A stretch of DNA of 64,000 nucleotides, from contig NC_058131.1 of NCBI RefSeq assembly GCF_016433145.1, positions 113,112,793-113,176,792 on the forward strand. The letters are read 5' to 3'. Of the stretch, positions 12,990 through 25,689 are shown piece by piece. Position numbers and translations under genes: made by a program. Every line of letters begins with the position of its first letter. The first letter of the stretch is position 1. This stretch comes from Gracilinanus agilis. Lineage: Eukaryota. The notes below the pieces were generated by a model. It saw nothing but the letters and a program-made list of their open reading frames with translations, made no database searches and was not told where the DNA came from.

Positions 12990-14300
12990 ATCAATCAACA
13001 AGTATTTATTAAATGCCTTCTATTTGCCAGAAACTGGGCTAGGTGCTAGGGATATGAGTCAAAGAATGAAATAATCACCCCCATAAGTATTTTATTTTTT
13101 TAATGATGGAAATATCAAATGCATATGTATGTGTGTATATGTATATAGCATTAATATAAAGTTAATAAATGTAAATTCACTGAAAGAAGCTAAATCCAAG
13201 GTAGTATGGGAAGAAGGGAACTAACAATTGATTAGGAGAAGCTTCATACAGAAGATGGTAACTAAGCTGTATCTTAAAAGAAGAGAGGGATTCTATGAGA
13301 CAGTTAAGTTCATTACAGGCATTGGGGGAGGCCATGGAAATAGGACATGGAGTATTGTATATGAGGAACAGAGAGAAGTCTAGCTTGTATGAATTGCAGA
13401 GGGTATGAGTTTAATGTCCAGTGAGGTCAGAAAGATAGCTTGAGCCCAGTATGGGATAGGGTTTCTTTTTTAAACCCTTACTTTCTGTCTTAGAACCTAT
13501 ACTAGTATCAGTTCCAAGGCAGAAGAGTGGAAAGGGCTAGGCAATTGGAATTAAGTGACTTGCCCAGGGTCACATATCTAGGAAGTATCTGAGGCTGGAT
13601 TTGATCCCAGGACCTTCCCAACTCCAGGTCTAGCTCTCTATCCACTAAGTCACCTAGCTGCCCTTGATGAAATTTTTTAAACTATACAGAAGATGTTATA
13701 TTTTATCCTACTGGCAAAAGGAAGTCACTGAAATAAATTGGTTGTGTAAGGAGTCACTTGGTCAGATATGTTTAAGGAAATTTACTTTGGCAGCAGTATG
13801 GATGATGAACTGGAATAGTGAGTTACTTGAGGCTGAGAGACCTATTAATTGTTATTTGCAGTAATTTAAATGAGAGGTGATCAGAGCCTGAACTAACATG
13901 ATAGCTGTGTGAATGGAGAGAAAGATTCTGGTATGCAAGATGCTGGGGCAGGAGGTAGAAATGGCAAGATTTAGCAACTCATTGGAAAGGTGGGGTGAGG
14001 AAGCAGTGAGGAATCCACCATAATGCTAAGATTGCAATCTTGAGATACTGGAAGGATGCTGATGCCTTTAACAGCAAAAGAAAAGATCAAAAGAGGGGGC
14101 CATTTAGGGGGAACAATAATGAACATGGTTTTACACATTGAATTTGAGACATCTCCGGGACATTCACTTTGAAATACCTAATGGACAATTGGTAATGTAG
14201 GACTGATATTCAAGAGAGAAACTAGGGCTGGATTTATAGAACTTGGAGCCATATTCCTAGAGATGATAGTTAAATATATAAAGACTGATAGATACATTTG
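12990..14300 (-). mobile_element. L2 LINE interrupted by a SINE
   Basis: Antisense L2 3' end 'tcaacaagtatttattaaatgcc' and L2 body downstream. Confidence 0.8.
13465..13664 (-). mobile_element. SINE1_Mdo-type SINE
   Basis: Reverse complement of the copies at 40466 and 44868. Confidence 0.9.
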
Positions 14301-14509
14301 CTGAAGAGAGAGAACATTTCCTAGTAGCGTAATGCAGAATCTAGCCTTCTACAAGAGAAAAGATTTTTTGAGTAGTGTCAGCCTTTATGATAGCCTTGAG
14401 AGCCACCTTGAATCTAAGAGCTCATAGATCTGACCTTTTAGAGAAAGAGAGGGAGTTCCTGAAGCTCATATAGAAAGAATAGCCTCTGTGACTATTGGAA
14501 CAAAAATGG

Positions 14510-14620
14510 ACTTAAAATGCAGAAGAGCAGAAATAATAAATACAACATTTTCAGGTCATAATGCAACAAAAATTATAATCAATAAAGGTTCATAGAAAGA
14601 CCAAAAAATGGACTAAAAGT
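14510..14620 (+). mobile_element. L1 ORF2 endonuclease fragment
   Basis: Translates KCRRAEIINTTFSGHNATKIII, resembling the L1 EN 'SDH' region. Confidence 0.6.
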
Positions 14621-15629
14621 ATAGCATAGAAGAATAGAAGACCTAGACTTTGCTCCCTCTCCTCCACTCCCAGGATTAATTTGGACAATTCAACTTAGAA
14701 GGGAGAGGGGTTGCCTATCCAGTAATTCCAAAGTGTATTTATCTTACAAACAGAAAGGAGAGAATATGCATTTTTAGTGCCTACTATATGCCAGGCACTA
14801 TGCTAAGCAAATATATCATTTGATCCTCATAACAATCCTATGAAGGAAATGCTATTATTATCCCCATTTTGTAACTGAAGAAACTGAACCAAAGAAAGGT
14901 TAAGTGCCTTGGCCAGAGTCACACAGCTAATGTCTGAGGCTGGATTTGAACTTGTCTTCCTGCTTTCAGGTCCAACATTCTATCCACCATACCACCAGCT
15001 TCCAAAAGGAGGTCCAAACTAAAGAGTGATACTCTAAGTCTGGAAAAGACTATGTAAGGCCCTCTGGGAAAGCTAAAGATTCAGCAGAATATCAAACTGT
15101 TGACACATTGGTCATCCCAAACCCATTTGCTTTCAGAGTGAAGTTTAGAGGCTATTATGGATGCTCTGTATCTTTTCTGTATCTGTTTTTTGGCTCCTAT
15201 GAACTCTTCCACATTTTCTATACAGTAAAATAAAGGCTATCCACTTCTCAGTGTGCATTTGTTACCTTTATTCATCTTAATTTTCCTGACAAAGTTCTGA
15301 TATCTCAAATTTATATGACTCAGTGATTCAAATATATAACAAAATTATTTCCCAATATGTCAGTAGTCAAAAGATGTGAAAAAACAATTTGTAAAAGAAG
15401 CAAAGCAAGGAATAATTAGCCATATGAAAAATATATCTCTAATCATTAAAAATCAGATAAATACACATTAAAATAACTCTGAAATTCGACCTCACAACAC
15501 TTATATTGGCAAAGTTGACACAAAAGGAAAAGTATAACTATTAGAGATACTTTAAAAAAAACAGGCACCCTATGTCACTATTGGTAGAGATGTAAATGAA
15601 TCCAACCATTCCAGAAAGCAATTTAGAAC

Positions 15630-16047
15630 TGTTATAGGCATGGCTCCAATCCCCATGCCCTCTTAGTTCACATTCAATGTTGGGATGGAATGAGGCACTC
15701 ATGAGTCATTGAACAAAGGAGGCTTACTCTGTCTCTAGCAGGAAATGGATAAAACTAGCAATTTCCTGATGCAACTACTCTGACTTTCTTCCCAACATAA
15801 TCTGATTGTCCCTAGATTTCCTGACACAGATTCCTGGCATAGGACATATAAAGTCCCAGCCATGAGTATAGGGGTGATTGGGGAGAATAATCCAGAGAAG
15901 GAAGCTAAATGTCCCTGTATCTTTGCTGTATCTACTTGCTGTCTTTGGATAAAGTAAATCTCCTTTGTTCAAATGCCTCATATTGTCCCAACATCAAACT
16001 CGAACTAAGGGGGAGCCTGGGTTAGGACTGGACCAACAACAGGCACA
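15630..16047 (+). mobile_element. Solo LTR (ERV1-like)
   Basis: TG...CA termini, 4-bp TSD 'gaac' on both sides, TATA-like 'catataaag' near 15845; interrupts collinear L1. Confidence 0.7.
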
Positions 16048-16479
16048 GAACCTCAGAAGGCTTTAAGTGGTGCCTTCTTTTTGACCCAGTCATAACACTG
16101 CTAGGTATATATCCTGAAAACAAGCAAAGAAAGAAAGGATCCAAATATTTAAAAAATGATGTAAGCAGAGAACTCTTTATTGTATCAAAGAAGTAGAAAC
16201 AAAGTAAATGCCCTTTGATTGGGGAACAGTTAATAATAGCTAACATTTATACAGCACTTTAAGGTTTGCAAAATGCTTTATATATATTAACACTTTTAAT
16301 TCTTATAACAACCCTGAGGGAGGGGAGGCTTTTATCATCCCCATTTTATAGCTGAGGAAGCTGAGTCTGAGACTGATCTGGCAGGGTCACATTGTTAATA
16401 AGTCTCTGAGGCAGGATTTGAATGCAAGTCTTCCTGGCTCTAGGTCCACTATTCTCTCCATTATGCCACCTACCTGTCT

Positions 16480-16775
16480 CTATCTGGGAGACACTGGCAT
16501 GGGACCATCTAGCACAGAGTGCTTATATCAAAGTAGTTGCCGAATTCTATAAGCAAATCAGAAGAGTAGAAGCTCAAAAGAAATGTGAGAGGCACAAATT
16601 TAGGAACATCTTCATCCCAAATGTTCACGTGAACTATTTGGCCTGATCTGTGGGAGAGTCTTCTGAGCTCATACTGGTCCAATCAGCCACATTTGAACAT
16701 ACCATACATCGACCCTGATGTAGTAATGTTATTTTGGTCCTCTTCTAGTTTGAAGGACAACAACTGACCAACCAA
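16480..16775 (+). mobile_element. RTE LINE 3' end
   Basis: Translates WETLAWDHLAQSAYIKVVAEFYKQIRRVEAQKKCERHKFR, matching the RTE C-terminus; tail 'gaaggacaacaac'. Confidence 0.75.
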
Positions 16776-17457
16776 TATGAATATAATGGAATCTTCTTGT
16801 ACCATGAGAAATGATGAAAGGGAAGGGATTCAGAGAAACCTGAGATGACTTGTATTAATGCAGACTGAAGTAAGGAGAAAGAGAAATGGCTACTAAAGAT
16901 TTAAGAACGATGATCAATGCAATTACCATTTATTACTCCAAAAGACTGTGATGGTTCATGCTTGTTACCTCTTGGCTGAGAGGCAATGGATTAAAATGGC
17001 AGAATGAGATATATGTTTTCAGACATGAACAATTTTAAATTTGTTTTGCTTGACTGTTTACTTGTTATTAGGGAGAACTTTAGTGAGGGGAAGGTAACAG
17101 AGATATAGAGGGTAACAATAGTTATAATTTAAAAAAAAGAAAAGTAAAGAAAATCAATGGGACATCTTTTAAAAATACACAAAAGAGAACAGAAGGAGAT
17201 TTAGAGCCACAGCCAAGAAGAGTTATGTTGGAAAAGCCATGTTAAATTTAGCATATCCTTTTTTTTTAAGCTATATATAATAGAGATCATGGTATCATAT
17301 ACAATCATCTGGAGCTGGATGGCAGTTGTTATTTAAGTAAAACTAAAACTAAAAAATAAAATGTGTAAGTGTCAAAATGTGGACAGCCTGACTTTCAAAA
17401 TGCACCTATGTCTTTTTACATCTGGAAACATAGTTACAACCCTTGACATGGGCATGG

Positions 17458-17477
17458 CATCATCATCATCATCATCA
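17458..17477. repeat. (CAT)n microsatellite
   Basis: Seen directly. Confidence 0.9.
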
Positions 17478-17667
17478 CTAACATATATATAGCACTTTGA
17501 AGTCTACAAAGTACTTTACAAACATCTCCTTTTATCCTTGTGACAAAAATGGAAGACAAGTGCTATTATTTCCCCCATTTTACAGATAAAGAAACTGAGG
17601 CATATAGCGATCAAGTGATTTGCTCAGTGTCACATAGTAAGTATCTGAGGTCAGATTAAAACTCATA

Positions 17668-17851
17668 CCTGCAGGCCTGGAGACAGGAGGTCCTGGATTC
17701 AAATTTGACCCCAGATATTTCCTAGCTGTGTGACCCTGGGTAAGTGATTTAACCCCAGTTGCCTAGCTCTTACCTCTCTTCTGACTTGGAACTGATATTT
17801 AGAATTGATTCTAAGACAGAAAGTAAGGTTTTAAAGTTTTTTTAAAAAAAG
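17668..17851 (+). mobile_element. 5'-truncated SINE1_Mdo inserted into an older SINE
   Basis: TSD 'aactcata' on both sides; B box and SINE1 tail present. Confidence 0.85.
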
Positions 17852-20629
17852 AACTCATATCTGACTCCAGGTTCATGAAAGACTCGGGTTACATTTTGTA
17901 AGTATTAGACCAGGGAAATTATTAACAATGGATATTCCAAAAGGATGGCACTAACTTTCACTCACAAGCACATCAAATATGATAAAGTAGGCAAATCCAG
18001 ATAACAATGCAACATAATATGTTTTCTCCATATTAATGCTAGCCCCTGGGTAAAAAAAATTTTTTTGATAGAAGCATCCTACCCCACTACTCAGTTCTAC
18101 TGTCAAAGACAACTTTTTGTCTTCCATCATTAGACTATAAGCATCTTGAAGGCAAGGACTGTCTTTCTCCTTGTATTTGTATTCCCAGAACTTACTATAA
18201 TGCCTGGCACCATAGAAAGCACTTAATAAATGTTTGTTGACTTGACTTTTAACAAACCTAATCCATACAAGCTTGGCAAGCAAACACCAAGTGCACTAGT
18301 GGGAAACAGTTCTTCCCTCTATGAAGGAAAATGTTGCTAGAATAAAAATAAAGATATTTAAGATGGTGTGACATTATGGTGTATGTATTTCTTTTGAATC
18401 CCATAGATTTAGGCGTCTGTCTTACACCAACTCTGAAGAGTAAAAGAAAAATATATCTATGAATAAGGAAACATTTTACAGTCCGAAAAGTGAGTTAGTT
18501 TGATCCTGGAGACTGCTTGTTTCTAAGAATTATCTAATTCCATGTCATAAAAGGATTTCATCACACTGACAAAGAATTTCAGAGCCCGATGCATGTGGCA
18601 TTTCACAATTAAGGTACAGAGAAATATGTTCTTAACATGCCAGAATCTTTCACTGATTAAACCCACAGTTTGAGTTTGCAAATTATAGAAGGAAATTCTT
18701 CCCTCTCTGAATGGCAAGAGACAACTTATAAATACCAAATGTTCAGGTAAACATGAAAATTCTCTGGCCAAAGTGTTTATCATCTATGACTAACGGGACA
18801 CCATTATCCTTCCCAGACACAAATCCAAATGACACTGGCATGTGTCAACTCTGTTCTGTCTGACATATTCCCCGGGGGTTAAGTGAGGAACTATAAAGGC
18901 TCTCTGGAAAGGTTTGGAGTTCAGGTGTGCCACTGTGCCATGACCTCTCTTTTTTAGGAGCAGAACTGGAAGCATCCACTATCTGATGCCTTTCCTGACA
19001 CTCCCTGATCCCCTTGTGTTTGTGTGCCTTTCAAATGCTGAAATTCATCTCCCCTTTCCCCAACATTGCAATCTTATCGGATTGAAGAAGGCAGACTAAA
19101 TTTTCTTTGTTGGTAGTTTTTGCCCTGTTTGAAACCTAGGGATACCCTTTAAAAGCTACAAGGGATTCCTAGAGATATGGAAGGATATAGATCAGAATGT
19201 CACTCATGTCCATTTCAGCCCAAGGGAGCTCACAATTGGCACCAATAGCTGTAGGTTAGGTCACCTATATTTTCAGTCCTTGCCTATAACTTTTCAGAAG
19301 ATGCAGGCTTGATTCCTTTCTCTCCTCTAGTATTTCAATCACATCTGTCTGTTTCCCCCTTTTCAACTTCTTTTTTTTTTTTTTTACAGCTACTCTTTCC
19401 CTTGTGGGTTCATTGTTGGTTCTCTTCTCTGTTCCTTCTCCATCCAAAGAAACTGGAAGCCTCCAGGAAAATGCCATTGAATTCTGAAAGGGGCTTGAAT
19501 CCAGGGAGAAATCTATTTCATTAGACCTTATTAGAGGGCTATTAACTGCCAAATGCTCCCGATAATAACCCCCCTAAATATAGTAAGTCCAACATTCTAT
19601 TCTGTTTAGTTTTTCTTCTAGGACCCTGATGCTTTGACACAGAAAATCAGTCAGTTAATCAGCATTTAGTAAGCACCCACTATGTTCCAGGAACTGTAGT
19701 GAGTACCAAGGACATAAAGGAAAATAAATAAACAAAACACTCCAGTCCCTGTTTCTCTCAAGGAACTCCCAGTCTAATGGTTTAGACATTATGCAAACAG
19801 CAATGAACAGACAAGATACCAACTGGATAACCTGGTGAGAATGTTAGGATCACTCCTTTCTAAGTAAAGGTCTCACTTCACTGAGCCTTCTAACTGCCCC
19901 CAAGCCTACTCCCTTTTTCATAGCTCTAATAGTTGGGAACTCCCTTCCCCCTGCCCTGACATTAAAATGAAATCTGCCTCTCTCCAACTTTTACCTGTTC
20001 CTCCTAGTTCTGTCCTTTGGTGCCAAGCAGAACAAGCCAAATCCTTCTTTCCCATATGGCAGTATATCAACTGCATGTGCAATTATAAACAATAGTTGTC
20101 CTATTGTCCCCTTCCTAAAAAATTTTTTTTTAATCTTTAGGCTAAAGATCTTTAGTCCTTTCAACAGATCCTCATGTAGAGGTCTTGATCTCAAGACCCT
20201 TTGCCATTGCAGTTGCCTTCCTCTGGATATGCCCTAACTTGTCAATTTTCTTCCTAAAATATGTAGTCCAAAATGAAATGAGTCTAGAACTCAAATGCAG
20301 TCTATCCTAGGCTGAATACATTGGAATGATGGATCATAATGACTTTTTCTCTTAGACTTCATAAAACATTTTGTCCCTCTCTTAGACACATAAACAGTTC
20401 TATGCCATGTTTAATATACACTGTGTCTAACTATAGTTAATTGTATATGTGTAATCCCTTATTAATTTATCAATGTGGACCTAAGAACTAAAACCAGTTC
20501 TCTAATAGTGGTCTGATCAAGGCAGGGTAAAGTGAAACTATTATCATCTGGACACACTATCTCTCATATTAAAGCCCCAAAAAATCTTTACCTTTTTTTC
20601 TATTACCCTGCTAATTTGTACTAAGCTTT

Positions 20630-20890
20630 TGTTGTTCACTCATTTCAGTTATGTCTAATTCTTCGTGACTCCATTTGGTATTTTCTTGGCAAAGATACTT
20701 GAATGGTTTGTCATTTCCTTCTCTGGCTCTTTTTTACAGATGAAGGAACTGAGGCAAACAGAATTAAGTGACTTGCCCAGGGACACACAGGTAGTAAGTT
20801 TCTGAGGTCAGATTTGAACTCAGGAAGCTTACTTAATCTTCTGACTCTAGACCCAGTACTCTATCTACCATATCAATTAGTTGCCTACAA
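20630..20890 (-). mobile_element. MAR1-type CORE-SINE
   Basis: 'ttttcttggcaaagatacttgaatggtttgtcatttccttctc' joined to the CORE; related copies at 35705-35945 (-), 48080-48295 (+), 50915-51160 (-) and 63210-63455 (+). Confidence 0.8.
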
Positions 20891-21059
20891 ACTAAAACTT
20901 CTGGAGGTTTTTCAAATAAGAAGTATTGTCTACCTCTGGTTTTTCCATCTTGATCTCATGTTGATGACTTTTTGAAGCCAAGAATATTATATTTTTCAAA
21001 GTAAAAACTTTTATTAAAATATCAGAGTAAGGACAGGAATGACAAAACATCTTCCTCTT

Positions 21060-21350
21060 CCCTTATAAACAGCCTGGTGGTGAAGTGAATGCAGTGTTAG
21101 CCCTGGAGTCAGGAAATCATGAGTTCAAATGTGATCTCAGATACATACTAGCTGTGAGATCCTGAGAATCCTTGTTTGCCTCAATCTCCTCAACAATAAA
21201 AATGGAAGTAATAATAGCACCTATCTCCCAGGATTTTTGTGAAGATCAAATGAGAGAATGATTGTAAAGTGCTTAGCACAGTGCCTGGCACTATAAAGTG
21301 CTTAGCACAGTGCCTGGCACCTTGTAAGCACTATATAAGTGTCAACTATT
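21060..21350 (+). mobile_element. MIR with internal 29-bp-period duplication
   Basis: MIR head, CORE and tail; 'taaagtgcttagcacagtgcctggcac' present twice. Confidence 0.85.
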
Positions 21351-22476
21351 ATTATATGCCTGAGGCACATTCTCCCACAAATATACATGAAGTATATATA
21401 TGCTTATTTGCCTCTGTTAAATTTTATCCTATTAATCTTGGCCCAACATTTTAACTTGTTAAAATCTTTTGTATTCTAACTTAATGTCACCTATAAATTT
21501 CATAACTTAATGACATCTCTACATTTGATAAATGTATTTTCTATGCCTTTGTCCATGTTACTCAGAAAAATATTAAACAGCATATATATTCCTAAGGAAT
21601 TCCACTGTATATCTTTCTCCACATTGATGTCAATCCATTAATGATTACTCTTTGGATCTGACCATTTAACCAATTCAAAATACACCTACCAAACTACATT
21701 ATTGGGTAGTCTACAGCTTTTTATATCTTCCATGAGAATAACATGAAACACTTTGCCAAATGCTCTGCTAAAATCTGGGTAAACTATATATAAAAGATCC
21801 CCATTACTAATCTAATAGCTTTATGATCCTGCTTCCTTTTCTATATGTTCACTATTTAATAACTTAATAATAAAAATACCATTTAATAATAAATAAAGGG
21901 TAGAAATTTTCCAAGAACAGAAATCAAGCTGACTGGCTTGAAAATGGTTTGAAGAACTCTCTTCTCATTTAAAAAATCTAAACTTGAGCTCTTCCAGTCC
22001 TATAGTGTCTCTACTGTTTTCTATGAACTCTCAAAGATCACTGAAGGTGGCTAAGAAATCATAACCATCATTTCTTCCAGAAATCTGAGAAGCAGAATAT
22101 CTCAACCTGCTGACATGAAATCACCAAAGACAGTTAGATATTCTCTTACTATGTCCCTACTTATCTTGGGAATCAATTCTTTATTAGCTATTTTTGTTCA
22201 TTTTTTTTCCAGCTGAGAGTCTATTCTCCTTGGGAAAAAAAAAAGTGAAGAATTGAGTGGCCCCATCCTTCTCTCCGTAATCCATTCCCATGATTCTACT
22301 TATCCTGAGCAGCAAACCAGTCCCTTATTCAATCCTCCTCTTTCCTCCATTGTTTCTATATTGCTGAAGAACTTCAAGTACTGTCAACCCTCTTTAAATT
22401 GAACATTCGGTGCCTTCAGTTGACCTGCCCTATTAGATAAGCCCCTTGAGGGCTGGAGCCTATTCTAGAATTCCCT

Positions 22477-22497
22477 TTCAGCACCTAGGACAGTACC
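22477..22497 (+). promoter_or_regulatory. RE1/NRSE-like (REST) motif in an L2 tail
   Basis: TTCAGCACCtaGGACAGtaCC versus consensus TTCAGCACCNNGGACAGCGCC; both half-sites and the spacing are intact. Confidence 0.45.
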
Positions 22498-23115
22498 TTA
22501 TATTAGGTAAATATTTGTTTAATTAAAACTGGCCCCCTTCTGGCAGCCTTTTTCTTTAAGAAAAGAAAAAAGAATGAAAAGGTTTAGCAAGCAATAAGGA
22601 GATGGGTGATGGCTGAAGGAAGTTATCAGAGAGTGGTTATGAAGCTGTCACTAACACATGGCACTGTGCTAGATGCTATCAGTAACGTGTATTTATGGCT
22701 CTCCCCCTGTGGAACCCTGGCATGCACCAAACTTAATGGAAAACTGCAGTCAAAGGTCCAGGGTGAGTACTGGATTAGGGCCTTTGATGATACTAAAATG
22801 TGTATCTCTTTTTTAAGAGCTCATATTATTCTAAGGTTAATTACATCCTGGTGAGCATATAATCTAAGGGACGTTTGGGGGAAACCAACTTATGACCACA
22901 TGGAGGCTAATGGCTCCTTCATACAGGATGGAGTCTATATTGTGTCAATAAAGAGATAGACTCCTTTTTAACAATGACATAATTGACCATAACAGCTCCT
23001 CTGGAGCACTGAGACAGAGTAGTAAAAATTTGTGCCTTTATTAGAAGTCACACACACACAGAGGCACTTTGCCAGTCAGGATACTTCCATTGTTTTCCAG
23101 TTTTAAATGTCCACA

Positions 23116-23134
23116 GCTTCCCTAGGTGGCAGTA
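23116..23134 (+). promoter_or_regulatory. CTCF core motif candidate
   Basis: gcttCCCTAGGTGGCAGta matches the CC.SYAGRKGGCRS core apart from one flanking C; lies in non-repeat sequence. Confidence 0.35.
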
Positions 23135-25689
23135 AATGCTGTAGACCACCAAATTATCGTTATATTTTTTTCAGCCAAGATAGCCTAAGGTTTTATTTTG
23201 TAGTGGGGTCATTTAAGGTTATGCTATAGTTATTATTTATCCTGGTTTAAGGAAAGCTTAGGGGGACCCTTGAAAACAGTGCCTAGCCCAGTCTGGGGCT
23301 AAAGTGAGTGCCTAATAAATACTTGTTGACTAAAAATAGTCTTGAGTCCAAAAAGGATAGTAGTGAGCAGCTATTCTCCATCTCTACTGGAGATAAGTAA
23401 GAAGGGAAATATAGCAGGAGGAATTTGAAGGCTAATCATCACCTCTCAGCCTCAGTTTTGCTCATCTGTCAAATAGACACTCTACCTAACTCCCTCAATG
23501 GATTGTTGGTCAGAAAATAGAAACAAGATAGTAAAAGTAAAAGAATTTTAAAGAAAATATAAAGCTAGAATACTATTATTATGAAGGTAGGCCTCTGGTA
23601 ATACTTTCTGACAAACTCTATGAGTGAGACAGTAGAACATAGTAAGAAGACAATTTTCCCTCTGATGATTCATTCAGAAAAGAGTGGTAGCTCTCAGATT
23701 TCTACTTAATAAGTAATTTCACATAGCATATGCAGCTTACAAAAGTGCTTTACATTCTCGATTGCATTTAATCCTCACAAGACCCCTGTGAGAGAAGTAG
23801 AACGAATTTTATCATCCCCATTTTTCCCTTTTGGGCCATCTCTATGCTTCCACTGGAATGGGAAATACCCAATGAGCAAACTCCCTCTCTCAATGCAGAT
23901 CCACACCTGCTCTGCAACTTATACACTTACAGAATTGTCCAGAGCTCATAGATTTTAAATGATTTGCTTAGAGTCAAACAGCTAGGAAATCAGAAGCAGA
24001 ACTTGAACCTAGATCTTTCCAACTTCAAGGTCAACTGTCTAACCACCTCACCACACTTGCTCATTTTACAGATGAAGAAATGGAAGCTTAGCAAGGGATA
24101 GTGGCTTGCCCAGCTAATTCGTGACAGTCAGGATTTGAGCTCAGATCCTCAAACTCCAAATCCAATGCTTCTGCTTCCCTTGTGAAAACTGCTGACCATG
24201 ATGAAAGCATGGCAGGCTTAATTTGAGCGGCAAGAAATCTGTCACCAGGATTTTCTGTAAGCATAAAGGGGTATCCTGGGAGCGGAAGGAGGAATATTCC
24301 ACTTCATCTATTTTATTTCCCCAGCTCCTATTCTTCATCCCAGTGAAGTGCAGATAAGTTAAACAATGCACACACAACACTGACCATCTGAAGTCAGTCT
24401 CTGGGCAGCTCTTTGGCAATTCCACCTGCATCTAATATAAGAGTAATGTTTTTGTGGTGTCATTGGGTAACATCAGTCCTGTTGGGTGCAAACTTCAAAA
24501 GCAAGTAATCAAAGTGTTTACCTGATGAATGAAGGGGATGGTGGGGGTTGGTAGGTGGGAAATGGCAATTTCATTTCAAATATATCTACGACTTCTCATT
24601 AGGCCCAGAAACTTGTGGGTATTAATCATCAAAATAAATGTTCCCTGCCCTTAGGTGCGCTCCGGCATCACACAAGAGAAATGACCAGCCCAGCTCATCC
24701 TCTCATCAAATCACTGAAGATGAAATGAATTTTAAAACAATATCCCAGGTGGATTACACATTTAGCTACTTAACAGGAGACTTTGCCGGGACCCTCATTT
24801 ATTATTTTGAAAAGCAAAGCCAGTTACTGCCAATAATTAAGTACAGCCTTGTCCGGGTCTCTGTTATTTTATAGGCTTTAAAGCAGTAGATTCCGTGGCT
24901 AATAGCCAGCCTCCCTATTGTATCTTGAACTTGGCTTTGAAAAAACTTCTGATAGCTTCCCACTGAGCCAAAAATAAAGTTAGTGATCTCCTTTTCAGCA
25001 AAGGTCAGGCAATCCATTATTCTGCCATATTATAAAGTAAAATAAAAGACAGAAACACTAGGATTTAATTTTGGCTGTTTTCTCTTTGAGATTAGGTTAA
25101 GTGACCGAGATGCTAAAAGCCTCATATCTTGTAAAATCATGTGCCTCCCTCTGTCTGCTGATTTGGACTGGTTTGGCTGCAAGTTGCATTCTGAAAGGCA
25201 TTTAATAGGAGTCTAAAGTGTACAAAGACATCTCATGTGTCTTATAAGAGGAGGCACACTTTCATATCGAAAATGGCTTTAAAATGTCTTTCTTCCTCCA
25301 GAGATGCTCTAAAGCAGAATTAGAGTGTTAACCTAAACAATAGATCTGCGTTTCAAGCATTAATTCCCAGTTTAAAGGAGGAAAATCCCCTTGCCTATAG
25401 AACAGGTCAGAATGTTGATTTCTCATATCCAGAGCCCGGGAAAGGAGTGTCTGAAACACAGAGAACTATTTTCTTAGGAAAATGCCTTAGCGATTCAGAG
25501 AAAGGGAAAAGGTATTTGGTTTGAGGATTACTACATTCTTTACCATGCCCAGATCTGGTCTTATCCAAATAATATAATTGCACAGATATCAGGAAAGCCC
25601 TGATATCCTCCCAAAAACCACTCAACTAGTTCAAATTTGGAATCCCACCTCTCTGGCTTTGCATCACCTAGATTCCCCACTCCTACCCC

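Larger units (their letters stand above)
15330..17420 (+). mobile_element. Old L1 (ORF2 3' end and 3' UTR) split by LTR, SINE and RTE insertions
   Basis: L1 segments collinear across inserts: 'tccaaccattccagaaagcaatttagaac', then 'tttgacccagtcataacactgctaggtatatatcc', then 'atggaatcttcttgtaccatgagaaatgatgaa'. Confidence 0.8.
19850..22390 (-). mobile_element. L3/CR1 LINE, ~2.5 kb RT remnant interrupted by SINEs
   Basis: Minus frame YIVYPDFSRAFGKVFHVILMEDI (~21730-21790; CR1 RT 'VYLDFSKAFD') and ORF 19991-20194 (DLLKGLKIFSL...FGLFCLAPKDRTRRN), matching the CR1 C-terminus. Confidence 0.8.

Noticed and set aside
22668-22762. Segment ending in a consensus CAGG|gtgagt donor
   Set aside because: No convincing polypyrimidine acceptor and no recognisable peptide in either open frame.
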